From: Microthyrium microscopicum
Lineage: Eukaryota
Assembly: GCA_010405405.1 (NCBI GenBank)
Contig: MU004231.1
Location: 918,153-982,152, forward strand
Direction of reading: 5' to 3'
Length of the DNA: 64,000 nucleotides
The position numbers and the translations under genes are program-made. This document shows positions 1 through 11,611 of the stretch, in pieces. The notes beneath the pieces are model-generated. The model was not told where the DNA came from. It saw nothing but the letters and a program-made list of their open reading frames with translations, and did not search any database. How positions within the stretch are numbered: position 1 is the first letter of the stretch; each line of letters starts with the position of its first letter.

Positions 1-1165
1 CAGCGCTTTGACGTGTTGCCTCTTCATCAAGTCCACAGAGTCTGGCGCTGATGATTCCTCCACGAATAACTCGGGCTCTTGGGCCTCCACGTCATCATCA
101 ACTGGATCGATGTGTTTGATTTTTGGTGGTGCCTTCTTGAAAACATTCGCATAAAGCCATTTGAAAAGCCTGTGGTAGTTGGGTTCTTGGTTGGGGCCAT
201 CGAAGTCTTTCTTGAACGTGAAATATTGAGGTATGTTGTCCGGATCACGAAAGCTCGCAGCGATGTTCTTGTCGTCATGCTCCCAAATGAGCACAGTATG
301 CATTGCAGAGGGTCGAGACTGCCATTCACGTAGCCACTGGTTCAAGGTCTTGTGTTCAATTGTTATGCCCCCAATGGTGAAATCGTAGGGGCGTGGAGAG
401 TAACTAGAAAAGCGAGCTTCAATGCCGGCCCTTTTAGCCGCAGAAAAGATTTTCTGAATGTACTTGTAGGATTGCTCATGGTTACCTTGCGGCATCAAAG
501 CTTGCTTGGTTGTCTCATAATCCCAGTTGGGCTGTACGATTCTGCGCTTGATTGTAAAGCCGCTTGGGTAGACTATGTCGGTTTCTGCAGGTCTCGTAAG
601 CTCTAGAAAGAATTCTACGCCTTTGTCAAGGCTAGGTATGAAAAAAGGCCAGAATTCCGGCAAGATGCTATATGATGGAGATTTGCGACTGCGAAAATGC
701 CTGTAGACCTGCGCTGGTATTATTCCAAAGCATCCTGGGTGGGTAATGCTTTGAAACAATACGAATAAAGGATTTTGGTGAGGAAGCAGAGTAGGGCCGC
801 TGTGGGCAGGACTTATGCAGTAGGTCTTGCAATCAATTCCCAGAGCTCTGAATTGGTGACTGTCCTGATTATTGATCAAATTGTGTCCTGCTTGAAATGC
901 TTCATGGACATCTATGTGCTTCTTTCCCCCAAAGTGCGGCGATAGCTCTATGGTCGAGAAGACTAGGTCAATCTTGCTTCCTTCATACCCTAAATAGTAG
1001 TTAGACTAGTATTCTTCATAATCAAGATATAGTCTGCATACCGTGAATTATGAATCCTTTTTCAGGGCAAAAGATGGACTGGAATAATCCTTCAAAAAGG
1101 TACCCAATATTTGTTGCATGGGGGCCTCCTATCTTGAGCTCTTTGTTGGGACCTTTGGGAGGCAT
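1..1165 (-). CDS. Spliced protein (>=371 aa, runs off left edge) with two tandem PD-(D/E)XK-like nuclease motifs
   Basis: ATG 1165; exon 1 1165-1042; intron 1041-990 (GTATGC..CTAAC..TTTAG, phase 1); exon 2 open from 989 to base 1. Motifs GYLFE..KIDLVF..GIDCKT and GNHE..PYDFTIGGITIEHKT. Absent from the ORF track because it has no stop in the window. Confidence 0.7.
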
Positions 1166-1451
1166 GACTGACTCTTGATGGACGTGAATGTCGGCAACAA
1201 TAGTTGGTATGATGAAATGAAACCTCTATCTGAGAAGCTAGGAGGATAGGCGCTTATACGCTACATAAAGTTGCCTCAACGACTTAATGCGGTGTCTCGT
1301 TGCACATGAACAATTATGGATATTATAAAGTTTGCCCCAACATTCTAGATTGATATCACATAGTATAATCTAGGTATACGAAAAGAATTGACACTAATGT
1401 TCAAGGTTCATCTGGATTGATTAGCTAGGCAAATAGCAAACTTGTGGTGTA

Positions 1452-1949
1452 CTACCCATCACGACGGTCAGCCTCGGAATCAGTTGGACCGTGTCGTAAC
1501 CAGTCCAAGACCTGGGTCTGATTGCTAATGTTGCCACGACGGTTGAGTAATAGACTAGCCCGGTAAAGATCTACATCATGTAGTATATCCTTTTCTTGCT
1601 TGTATTGAGCAGTGTCAAACTCAGCCTGAGTCTTGTGCGTCGTACCGATACAGCGATTGCGAGTGTCCCGAGTCATATCCAGGACCTGTTGTCGGAAAGA
1701 ATTCTCCACCTTTTCGTTGAATCGTAGCTCGGGAATGACAAGCATTGCGACTGAGTAGGCGTCGTCCCCTAGCAAGAGATTGATCAGACGAGAATTGAAT
1801 TCCTTGGCGACTTGTGGATCCGTCTCAAACAACGCCCAAACGTTTTCAGCCAAGAACTGAACTTTGGCCGCCCAGTCTTGACAATCGGGTGTTTGGTCAA
1901 GGTCATTGACAATGATTCGTAATTTGGAAAGCAGGGTTGAAGCGCTCAT
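1452..1949 (-). CDS. Hypothetical helical protein (165 aa)
   Basis: ATG-started ORF with protein-like composition; no recognised motif. Confidence 0.5.
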   Translation of the reverse strand: MSASTLLSKLRIIVNDLDQTPDCQDWAAKVQFLAENVWALFETDPQVAKEFNSRLINLLLGDDAYSVAMLVIPELRFNEKVENSFRQQVLDMTRDTRNRCIGTTHKTQAEFDTAQYKQEKDILHDVDLYRASLLLNRRGNISNQTQVLDWLRHGPTDSEADRRDG

Positions 1950-1969
1950 GATGCAAATGGGGAGCTAAA

Positions 1970-2971
1970 CTATGAGGGTGGAGCCAAAGACTTTGGCTGT
2001 CTAGGCTTTTTACCCCCTTTTCGAGTCAGTCTATGTCCCCATTGCGTGATACGACTGTTTCCCAATATGGTGCCAATATTATCTCTCGCTGTAGGTGCCC
2101 GCTCAATTTTGGACCAGCTTGGATGCACAAGTGGCACACATTTGGCAACGACACTACGGTACACGCGCATCAAGTCGGATAGCGCAAGGTGGCCAAGATG
2201 TTTCTGGCAAACAATCTCCTGCCTGGGATCCCAGATACATGGCGGCACCTTGATACGAAGCTGGCTATCCTCGCCATCGGGTTTATACCGTGAAGGCTTC
2301 TCTTTGAGGAGGTTTGCCAGTGCCGCTTGCATCTCTACATTCGTCCCAAAGTAATATCGAGACTGTGCACAGAGCAGAACGAGAGAGGGTATTGTAGTGG
2401 TAAACACCGGATCCTGTTGGTGTCCACAGTATTGAATCGGATATAAAAAATTGGAGGGATTGATCACTCCGTCGCATAAAAGGTACCGAGCACGATGAGA
2501 GGTCTCCTTGAAGGCGGCCTGAGCTTGCTTGCTGTAGACGTAGTTGACATAGGCCATGCTGGCGTATGTAGCACTGCAGGGAGTTATTAAATGCCAAAGG
2601 CTACACAATGAGTACTAAACATACCCGACTCTGCTTTGTAGCCGCTCTGTGGGCAGCACGGCAGGATCATTGGCTTGCTTTTTCGTCACAACACGAGCGG
2701 GAAAATGGAGGAAGAAGCCGCGGCCTCGTGCTGCACCAATCTCATTCAACGCCATCACGGCTTTCATATTTTGTGGGACATCTTGTAGATGCTGGTGTAC
2801 CTTGCGATCCATAACGACTAGATTGCGATGACTTTGATATGGATCTACCCAATTATCGTCCCAGAACCGAAAGGTTGGTGAGAGGTTACGCAGTAGCGGT
2901 AATGAGGTGTCTTCTTCCGCCTCGTCGTCGCTGTATGATATTTCCACTTCACGGTCTTCTGGCGTATCCAT
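1970..2971 (-). CDS. Hypothetical spliced protein, weak resemblance to a His-Cys-box (His-Me) motif
   Basis: ORFs 2615-3004 and 1970-2608 join in frame via intron 2624-2574 (GTATGT..TGCAG); first ATG 2971; segment ETSHRARYLLCDGVINPSNFL. Confidence 0.55.
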
Positions 2972-3421
2972 TATCTGGGATATTGGTGTGATTCGTGGTA
3001 CCAAATGGCGCTTGATACCTGTCGCAGTCTAATGGTCGATGGAAAAGGGATCATAGGGATGAGAAAGCGGCTGCTGTAGTTAGGGACTCGGAGTGTTGCT
3101 ATTGTGTGTTGTACCTTGGAGTAAGTGAGTGGATGAGCAACGATAAGGACTTGATGTAATCATGTAATAATGGTAACTAAAAGGGAATACGCTGATGGTA
3201 AGGACAAGGGGATTATGCTGTGTAACGACAAACATCTTCCACCAAAAGGAAGAGCCAGCGTTGAGGACACCTCATTCTCGTCTACGTTGCACATTAGCTC
3301 CACCTCCATTCCAATTGGCATCCGCTAGTAGTCATCCTTCAAAGGCATTGCATCACATCCCCACCAATACGATTTCGATTCTGTTTGCATCCACAAACCT
3401 CTGGGAAAACAAGCATCCAAA

Positions 3422-5062
3422 ATGACTCCAGGCCAGGTGAAGGTGGACAAGAACGGCGTTGCTGGATCTAAAGCGTGCGAAGCAATGAATAACATTGAAA
3501 TTGCCAAACATGTCATCAAACATTACGTTGCTACAACGCTCGAGGATGCTAAGCGCGCACTATCAGCCTCTACGCAACGCCCATACCCCGATGCCACCCT
3601 GCTGTTTCTGGGGAACCGAATGTGGCACAGTGAAAGCCTGCCGTTCTACAGCCCACATATTGATATGCAGTGGTCATCATTACTGCAAAATCTAGGCCGC
3701 ATCGTCACCAGCCCATCGGGGCGCGTTAGACACGATGGAATCACCACCAAGTATGCCCGTAGAGGTACTCATGCCAACTTTGCAGAATTAGATCTAAGGA
3801 TCACGGAAGGTCGCGGGATTGATAACAGTCCGGCAGTCAACGCCTGTGAAGGCGTTCGTCTGCGAGTTCGCTGGTTGAGAACCTTTCCCTTGTCTGACTT
3901 TGGTCCGGAGCCTTCTGATATCGTTTACTGCAACAATCTCATCACTACTATTCAAATGTCGATAGGTCAGTTGTTTGAGTTGACTTCCGACCCAGCCTCA
4001 CTCACCTGCTTTCCCATCGCTCAATGGTTCAACAACCTCCAATGTATTGAATGGACTGCTTATGATGGAGAGATTCCATTCAGCCCCTTTATCACTGCAA
4101 CTACACCCTTGCGTGAGGTGTTTCTCATGCTGGAGAAACCAGGCGAACGAATTACTGGATGGCATAGGCTGCCAGTGGAGCTCAGAGCTTTGAGCTCTTT
4201 TCATCTACAAACTTTCGGAATCAGCATTGCAGTTGCCGAACACTTTCAACAGGAACTGATTGCCCTATTCAATACGAGCTTTAGCGTGGAGCACATGTGC
4301 GTGGAAACGCCAATTGCTGTGGAAACGCCAACGAATTCTTATTCCCTTCGTATCACACTCATGGTGGACCTGGTGCCGAGCACATTGACAAAGTTGACGG
4401 TTCAATTCTTTCTGATTGAAGGTCAACAAGGTAGATGGCCCCTTCTATCGCTTCAAGAGCTCAACATTTATGGGGTGGGTAGCAATATTGTAGAGTTGCT
4501 GGACAACCTCAACATACCATGTTTGTGGAAATGCACTGTCCAGGATGATGCGGTGGTAGAGAACCACGGCCGGATCAGCCTTGTATTCCAAGACATCCTC
4601 ATTGCACTGTCTGAAGCGGCCGGTAGCGACAATCAAGTAACCTCGCTCGGAATTGCTGTTGGCGGGTCTTGGGATGCCAACCCCACATTCCCATGCTGTC
4701 CGCAGGGGGCGGAGGAGCTGACTCTTCTCCCTTCTCACATCATGGACTGCCATCATGTGCAGGAAACAATGAAACTGCTTCCAAACCTCCAATATGTCCA
4801 AATGTATTCGGATTGTGCAAGCATGTACCCTTTTGACGAGGAGCATCCATTTGTGCCAGAGCACTGGGAAAGTCTTGGTTCCTATCATATCAACGAGCTT
4901 CCTGCAAATGTGTTCGATTTGGAGTATGAGGACCAAAGTAACGACGATATGGAGCAGTGGGATTCTGATGAGCCGATGCACCGCGGGGAGGAGGATGACG
5001 TCTACAGCGAAGACGACGATGACTGGCCGTTTGGAGACTACGAGTTTTATCCACTAGAATAG
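3422..5062 (+). CDS. F-box-like / leucine-rich protein with acidic tail (546 aa)
   Basis: Long intronless ORF; N-terminal NIEIAKHVIKHY; LRR-like segments (LSLQELNIYG, LPNLQYVQM); D/E-rich C-terminus. Confidence 0.55.
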   Translation: MTPGQVKVDKNGVAGSKACEAMNNIEIAKHVIKHYVATTLEDAKRALSASTQRPYPDATLLFLGNRMWHSESLPFYSPHIDMQWSSLLQNLGRIVTSPSGRVRHDGITTKYARRGTHANFAELDLRITEGRGIDNSPAVNACEGVRLRVRWLRTFPLSDFGPEPSDIVYCNNLITTIQMSIGQLFELTSDPASLTCFPIAQWFNNLQCIEWTAYDGEIPFSPFITATTPLREVFLMLEKPGERITGWHRLPVELRALSSFHLQTFGISIAVAEHFQQELIALFNTSFSVEHMCVETPIAVETPTNSYSLRITLMVDLVPSTLTKLTVQFFLIEGQQGRWPLLSLQELNIYGVGSNIVELLDNLNIPCLWKCTVQDDAVVENHGRISLVFQDILIALSEAAGSDNQVTSLGIAVGGSWDANPTFPCCPQGAEELTLLPSHIMDCHHVQETMKLLPNLQYVQMYSDCASMYPFDEEHPFVPEHWESLGSYHINELPANVFDLEYEDQSNDDMEQWDSDEPMHRGEEDDVYSEDDDDWPFGDYEFYPLE

Positions 5063-5525
5063 GAACCGAAGATAATTCACATGCGGAGGTTGAAGCGCAT
5101 TATACAGTAGCATAGATATGGCTTAGTTCTCAAATTAACGGATTATATCCGATAGTATTAAAAGAGGCCAGACTGAGCGATTCTGCAGCTTTGGATCTAA
5201 CTTAAAAAGGAAGTCATGATGATTTTATCCGGTAGTGGTAGTGCAAGGGTTGAAGGAGATAGACGCACTATGACGGGACGTACCGCAATTTAGTGGCCGA
5301 TCACATAAGCGCGCGTATGAGAACAACGACATGCCAACAACGACATCAAGGTTAACAACATCTATTACCAATACAGCCCTTAATGAACCATTAATCTTCT
5401 GCCTGTCAAAGTAAATACTGTCAATACAAGGTATCCCTCAAGAAAAGGCCCTCGCCTTCCAGCCTGTAAAAGCGCCATTACATGTAAAATTCCTCCACTT
5501 TGGACCTACTCCGCTCCATAGCCCA

Positions 5526-6673
5526 TCAAAGGTAGTTGCAATCAACCCAATCTAGAGTACACCATCTGCTAGATACTCTGTCAACATTAAGCCACTCTGT
5601 TGGTTGAACTGCAGCAATCGAGTCCTCTAGGCGAACCACCATTTCGCTCAACCCCATCTTCCGGAGATTGTAAACCCCAAACGGTTTAGCGCCAAGGGTC
5701 TTGTTAGTGCCAGGGCACTGATACGCCTGCCATTGATCATCTAGCAGTGTCAGAGTAGGATAGATGGCCCAGTTGAGTGTTTGAATGGCTTCGCATTCTT
5801 GTCGTGCAAGATTTGTAACATGTGTCAAACTGGAATCTATAGTTTGCCCAGTCAACTTGACCTTGGAATCATCTTGCGCCCAGGCAACCTCGTGATCATT
5901 TTCTGCTGGGACAAGGAAGATGTCGCTTACTAGCACCCAGGATTCGTGTATGGCCGAGGTTTTCTTGGAACAAGCCAAATCTGCGCTCTGCTGCGCTTGC
6001 CGCATTTTCCGAATCGCCAGATTGGTCGTCTCAATGAAATTACATGTGCAGTCATCTGGGGGAATTGTAGCCTGTGCTGTACCTAGGAGTCGTTGTTGTA
6101 TCCAATTTTGGCTTGAAACCCAGTCATTGGTGTTGGCTAGTTGTACATGGCATTGTCGACCAAGTCGTCGTGTATTAAGAGCCGCAAGTTTTGTAAGGTT
6201 TTGATAGTAGATATGCTGCGCCTGGAGCTGCTTGTTGAGTACGTTGAGTTCTTGGAATGACTCTTGCAACAACTTGCTCCTCTTCAAAAATTTCTTTGAC
6301 AGACCCCAATGACTGATTGAATGTGCGACAATTGATAGATTCCTGTCTGCAACGACGGCCTCGCGAATGGCTCTATGGTAGACCTCGATGACACTGGAGG
6401 GCGCGTATTCAATCGGGCTTGGGAGGCTGTCTGGATAGAGAGCTGCTTTGTTGAAGCCTTGATTGGTAAAGTCCCAGAGGATTTTGGCTTGAAGGAATAT
6501 AATAACACACAACAGAGTCGTGGTCAACCATTGGCTGGCCTTTTTCTGAATGACTGCATGCGGGGTTTTACTTTACTTTTGATTAGTCTCAATTCTCCCT
6601 TATTGAATAGCCAACATTACTGCCAAGAAGCACGTGGAGTACTTAAAATTGGGTTGAGTGGCTTCGTGTCCAT
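5526..6673 (-). CDS. Single-TM helical/coiled-coil protein (family member 1)
   Basis: 333-aa ORF with hydrophobic stretch LLCVIIFLQA; a short upstream exon from ATG 6673 joins in frame via a GTAATG..CTAAT..AAAG intron (~6620-6575). Confidence 0.6.
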
Positions 6674-7001
6674 TGCGTAACGAGGGATGCTTAAAGTACT
6701 TGATGGAAAAGGGGCCAGCTGTGTTGTGTGAAAAGAGGGCAGTCAAAAGGCTGGCTAGAAATGCTTCCTTAGCAGGCACTTGGTAAAGGCTAGAAGCAAG
6801 TCGCTTATTATGACACGGCTGGAAGAATGAACCTTTTCTACAACAGGACGACTTGTGCTAGTAATCTTGATGGTATTCTTGACCCCTATCATCTCTCAAA
6901 CATGACTGTTAGACTCTGGTCCTTGCGTTAAACATATTTCCAAGTCTGCTTTGTTCAAATTGGCCCATTACGCTAAAATAAGCGAATCGCGACGACATGT
7001 A

Positions 7002-7220
7002 TCACGGGAGTCCCAGATTCAGCTTCTCCAACTTTGCTGATTTTCCTCCGCGGAGCGAGTCCAACATGTCATTCGAAATCTCTCCGGGCTGGACCACCAC
7101 AGGCGCTGGTGGCGCCAAGTAGTTGATACAGGCTGACCACAATTGCCACAAACCGCCTCCAACACCCAGAACAACCCCGGTGAAAGCCACCGCGCCAATA
7201 TCCATATTGCCTGTATCCAT
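7002..7220 (-). CDS. Small single-TM hypothetical protein (72 aa)
   Basis: ATG start, one Gly-rich hydrophobic segment. Confidence 0.35.
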   Translation of the reverse strand: MDTGNMDIGAVAFTGVVLGVGGGLWQLWSACINYLAPPAPVVVQPGEISNDMLDSLRGGKSAKLEKLNLGLP

Positions 7221-7991
7221 GCCGATGGTCGCTCAGGGTGAGTTTGTAGTCGGGACTAACTACACTGGCGTTGATTTACCAAATTTGATAGACCAGTGTC
7301 GACCAAGATTGTGGAGCTGATCTTGTGGTTGTTTCGCTGTATGATTGTTCGAGCGCCTCAAAAGCAGAAAAGGTATACTACTCAAGGCTTGAACAAGGCG
7401 TAAAAGAGTCTAAAACATGTTAGTAACTAGTACAATGGTATAAAAAAGAATCAAGCTTGCGCGATATTGTAGAGATGTAACGCTTTGATTATCTCAAGTA
7501 GCTGAATGGGGTTTGCGGGAGATATTTCAGGATTGTTGGAGTTGATCTATAGTAGATCGGTGAAACGATTTGATACTATTGAAAGAACAATGGAAGCCTG
7601 AAGGTAAATTTATACATCTTGCTCGGCAAGTAGCTGCTCTGGATCTAGATCTAGGCATTGTAATTTGCAGGCTGAAAAGCCATTCATTCGGTTGCTTTCA
7701 TCAAAGTAAAACAGAAGCTGAATACACGTAAAACAAAAGCTGAACATTGCGCTAGGTACGATCGAGACTACAAGTCTACGCCACATTACAAGTTAACAAA
7801 GACACTCAACATAGTTATTAATAGTGCAGATTCTACAGGAAGTCGTATAAGGGCTATTAGTTTCTTTGGCCATGTCTTGTCGACGTTGATCCTGGGTACA
7901 AGGCGTGGCCGCCTCTATGCCAAGCACCTTGTCTTTTCCCATGCGGCCGATCTGAATGCCACTCGCTCACAGCATCCATAGCCATTGCTTT

Positions 7992-8500
7992 TCAAGACCA
8001 AGGTTTGGCGTAACTAATCAAAGGGGACTGGATTTGTTTCACTGCCAAGGGGTGTCGGAAGTGGGAATTTCGGCGGGTAGATGCAAGGATCGAATTGCTG
8101 TAAAAGCAACGAGGAAACAAAACCATAGACATATTGGTATGAGACTCGGGGTTCCATTGTGGCAAGGCCGCCATCATCGCAGTAAAGAGAGAATTCACCC
8201 AGCTAGAGTTTTTGATAATATCCACTTGGCAGGCAGAGAAGCAATGGGAGTCCAAAACACGTCGGACCGTCGGTAAGTACTCTGCCGGGGAGGTCTGTAG
8301 CGGAATTTGGGAATATTGTGGCGTTAAAGATGAGGTTAAGTAGGGAATCTTGTTTATGGAAGGCATCATGTACCATGATAGCGTAGAGGAAGCGCATAAT
8401 ATCGAAGATGTACGCCGCAACTTTGTCGCGATGTGAATCCGAGAACGCTGGGACGGTCCCTTTGCGGTCTAGAGGGTGTTGATCAAATAGTCTATTGTTC
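7992..8500 (-). pseudogene. Frameshifted paralogue of the 49037-49742 gene
   Basis: VPAFSDSHRDKVAAYIFDIMRFLYAIMVH..ATDLP in one frame continues as DSHCFS..NSLFTAMM..FPRC in another; both match the 49-kb protein. Confidence 0.6.
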
Positions 8501-9061
8501 AGGCATGGGACGCGGCCAATTTCTATTGATGAATTGAACAATGAGCATGGGGTAGAATACCACGAGCTCAAATAGTCTAAATGGAAGAGTAATAAGAAAT
8601 TCGCAAACGACAAACATGGAGGGAGAACAGGCATCAAGCAAGCTAACCAAGGCTTTTGAAATGGAAGCTGCGAGCGACAAGAGATGACCAGGCATTTGAT
8701 TGAGTTGGTGGAAGAAGAACTCAATAGTGGCCGAAGTATTGCGAAGAAACGTGTCCAGCCATATTTCACTCAAGAAAGGAACTCCAGCCAATGCCAACAG
8801 TACCAAGATAATGGATGTGATCCACATTATCCAGCTTGCCGAGCGGATGCAATTAATGGTTTCCCGGACCAGAGTCTCAAGCAGCCCCACAAATACCATT
8901 CCCAGTTTTTCGAGTAGATGAAAGATGTTGAGTGATTGTATGAACAACATGAGATGTTGCGGGTTGCAGAATGGAATTGACTGGATGTTGAACGATAAGG
9001 AAAAGCAGGTGGGCGGTTGACTAGGGTGACGTTCTGGAGCTCGGGCTAAATATGGAGCCAC
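8492..9061 (-). CDS. Hypothetical multi-pass membrane protein
   Basis: 189-codon ORF with several hydrophobic segments; start uncertain. Confidence 0.45.
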   Translation of the reverse strand: MAPYLARAPERHPSQPPTCFSLSFNIQSIPFCNPQHLMLFIQSLNIFHLLEKLGMVFVGLLETLVRETINCIRSASWIMWITSIILVLLALAGVPFLSEIWLDTFLRNTSATIEFFFHQLNQMPGHLLSLAASISKALVSLLDACSPSMFVVCEFLITLPFRLFELVVFYPMLIVQFINRNWPRPMPEQ

Positions 9062-9171
9062 TGTTGTACGACGACGAGTAAATGTGAATCAACAACGGGC
9101 GACAGGTGTGCTATCAAAGAACCGCGAGGGATGTCTGGAGTATCGTGTTAGTATAAACATTGCTGCTTCCG

Positions 9172-9549
9172 TTAACCAAAAGCAAACTGGACGTACAGGA
9201 ACAAACGGCCATTCATTATCCAGTAGGCAACACAGACAAGTGCACACAAGATCCAGGTAGGAAGCCCGATGATGGCTGGAGCCCATACAGTCCATTGTAC
9301 TAGCTCTAGAAGCGATATGACCAGACTGGCGCGTAGATGAAATGTCATCTCTACCCATTTGAGAATCATCATGAGCAACGCAGTCAAGCCTTTAAAGGTC
9401 AGGAAGTACAAGAAGAAAGTCTGCCAGGAGGTGTTGTTAGTATTGTATCTTGCTTGGATGGATAAAATGGTTTGTCTTACAAGAATCGTATTACACACCC
9501 AGTAATAAGAAGAGACTTTTAAGAATGTGTACCACGAGGAGGAAAGCAT
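9172..9549 (-). CDS. Hypothetical multi-pass membrane protein
   Basis: 125-aa very hydrophobic ORF, ATG start; may be part of one gene with 8492-9061. Confidence 0.4.
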   Translation of the reverse strand: MLSSSWYTFLKVSSYYWVCNTILVRQTILSIQARYNTNNTSWQTFFLYFLTFKGLTALLMMILKWVEMTFHLRASLVISLLELVQWTVWAPAIIGLPTWILCALVCVAYWIMNGRLFLYVQFAFG

Positions 9550-9747
9550 ATCAATTGACTAAGGCGAGATTAGGTGGATAGGTGTAGGGTCGGCTATATA
9601 GTGAGGTTCTTGAAAGTTGAAGGTAAGCAAGAGTTACTCGACAAGTGTAGAGAATTGTAGTGAGGAATTGGTTGCCATTTGTTTTGAGTATCTTGTCTTT
9701 ATATACCTCGTTTGTTCATCTTAAACCGCCTCCTGACCAAGGCGCGA

Positions 9748-9970
9748 CAGTGCCATTGGGGTTGAGCTTCTCCTCCCCGTAAAATCACAGAATACCGACT
9801 CACGATCCAATTGGTATAAACTCAAAGCTTGGATAGAAGCGATTCGACATCAATGAAACTTCTTCTCACTAAGCCTGATGGAGCTTTAATGGCTTGCTCA
9901 TAAACCAATCAACGCCTTTATTTTCTGAACAAGAACTCCAGGGGGGAGAAGCTCAACCCCAATGGCACTG
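9748..9970. mobile_element. MITE, Tc1/mariner-type (223 bp)
   Basis: Perfect 27-bp inverted repeat 9747-9773 / 9945-9971; CAGT..ACTG ends; TA on right flank, GA on left; non-coding interior. Confidence 0.75.
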
Positions 9971-10235
9971 TAAATACGCCATTGTTTCTAATTCATCACA
10001 CCGCCGTTGGTAATCAACCGAGACAGTAATTAGTAGTACAGGCAACTATTTCAGGCCTCCAAAAGATTCGCTTGAAGCCGATTCTATTATCTTCTAAAGG
10101 GGTCGACACAATTTTCTCCGTAACGAGCACAAGTTCTATAGCTGAAAAGAAACTCTCCGCAGGAGTTTACATAAATAGAAAGGATACTATACAAATATGA
10201 AGCATTGGAAGAGTGGTTAGCAAGGTAAGCTAAAG

Positions 10236-10797
10236 CTATCTTATTCGTTTCTCTAGAGCCTCTAGGATTGCTGTCTGGTTGGACACCTGTGTTTGAAGAT
10301 GACGGATTATATCAGCTCGCCCATCATCTTGTGTACCTAAAAGTCCTTCTAGAAAAACAATGGCCTCGAGACTTGAGGAAGTACTTTCGACTAGATACTT
10401 TTCAAGTTCGCCAACAAATAGATTGAACTTGTCCTTCTCTGCCGTCAACTCTTGTCGTATGTTGAAGGACTGTTCCCGGACATGCCTAATCTGCTTGATC
10501 TCCTTGCCTAGGACAGAACGGTCATATTCGCACCGGATCTTCTGGGCATCCAACTTTTGTAACTATTGACTCATAAGCAGCTAATCTTGATTCTGTAAGT
10601 GAACATGAGAGGGTACAATCTACCTCTTCTTTCGCGATACGAAGCTCTTGCTTTACTGCATTTAGTTCTGCATGGAGCTCGTCAATGTTGGCGTCGACTG
10701 TAGCGATGTGTTGTTGGGCGGGTTGACCATGTGGTGTAGATCGCTGGCTATCGGCTTCGTCCTCGTCGGATGAGGACAATCGATCCCAGCCAGACAT
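10236..10797 (-). CDS. Coiled-coil protein, spliced
   Basis: Heptad-rich ORFs 10522-10983 and 10236-10553 join via a GTAGAT..AATAG intron (~10623-10563); likely ATG 10797. Confidence 0.5.
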
Positions 10798-11611
10798 TGT
10801 GGGACGAGAAGAGTTGAACATTGAGAGGATGACAAAGGACAGGACTGGAAAATCGGAGATTGGGATGATCGTGGCGTCACTGTATATGGTCGTAGTAATA
10901 TCTTGGGGATGCTGCTTGGATGAAAAATTTGACCAAAGGGAATGCGGTATTAGCATGAAGTTGTGAGCGGCTGGCTTCCACAAGCAGACGGCTTGGCTAT
11001 ATCAGAGAATAGTGGCTGGTGGTTGCCATGCTTTTCCCAAGGTTTCCTTTCAGCTCAATGAGAAAGAACAAAGAAAACATTTCCAAGCGTCGGCTACGAG
11101 ATGTATCAATATATTTTATTTAGATCCACGGTGTATGATGAGTCAATTACGGGAGAATAGACTGTATTCAGTCGGAAATCTGCGCATACAATCGAAAAGA
11201 CTAGAGTGTATCAATAAGAAAATGTGAGCTATTACGAATTTTTCTAGTAGGCTACAAATATTTCTAGGATCAAAAAGTTGCGAGCAAAAATATAAGCGTA
11301 CTACTCGCCTTGTTCCAGCGTAATATGGCAAATGGCACGGGTAGCTGCCATGTGCCGTCATAGAGGGCCAGCTCAGACATTGTTCAACTGGCTGTTCGCA
11401 TTTACATCAACCAATCTAGAAACCCAAGATTGTCCTTGCTGCGACTGGTGCCTCGTATCTTGTACAGCTCTTGTCGTTTTGTAGACCACCAGTGTACCCT
11501 TTTGGCTATGTGAAAGAGCATAATCCGACATTTCTCCTCTTCTTTTCGACTCAGGAAAGAGTGCGACGTAACAGACTGTGTTACTGAGATTGCAAACACT
11601 GTAATTACGCC

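Noticed and set aside
27..606. ORF-track ORFs 27-329, 79-333 and 352-606
   Set aside because: Alternate-frame or antisense shadows of the spliced 1-1165 gene
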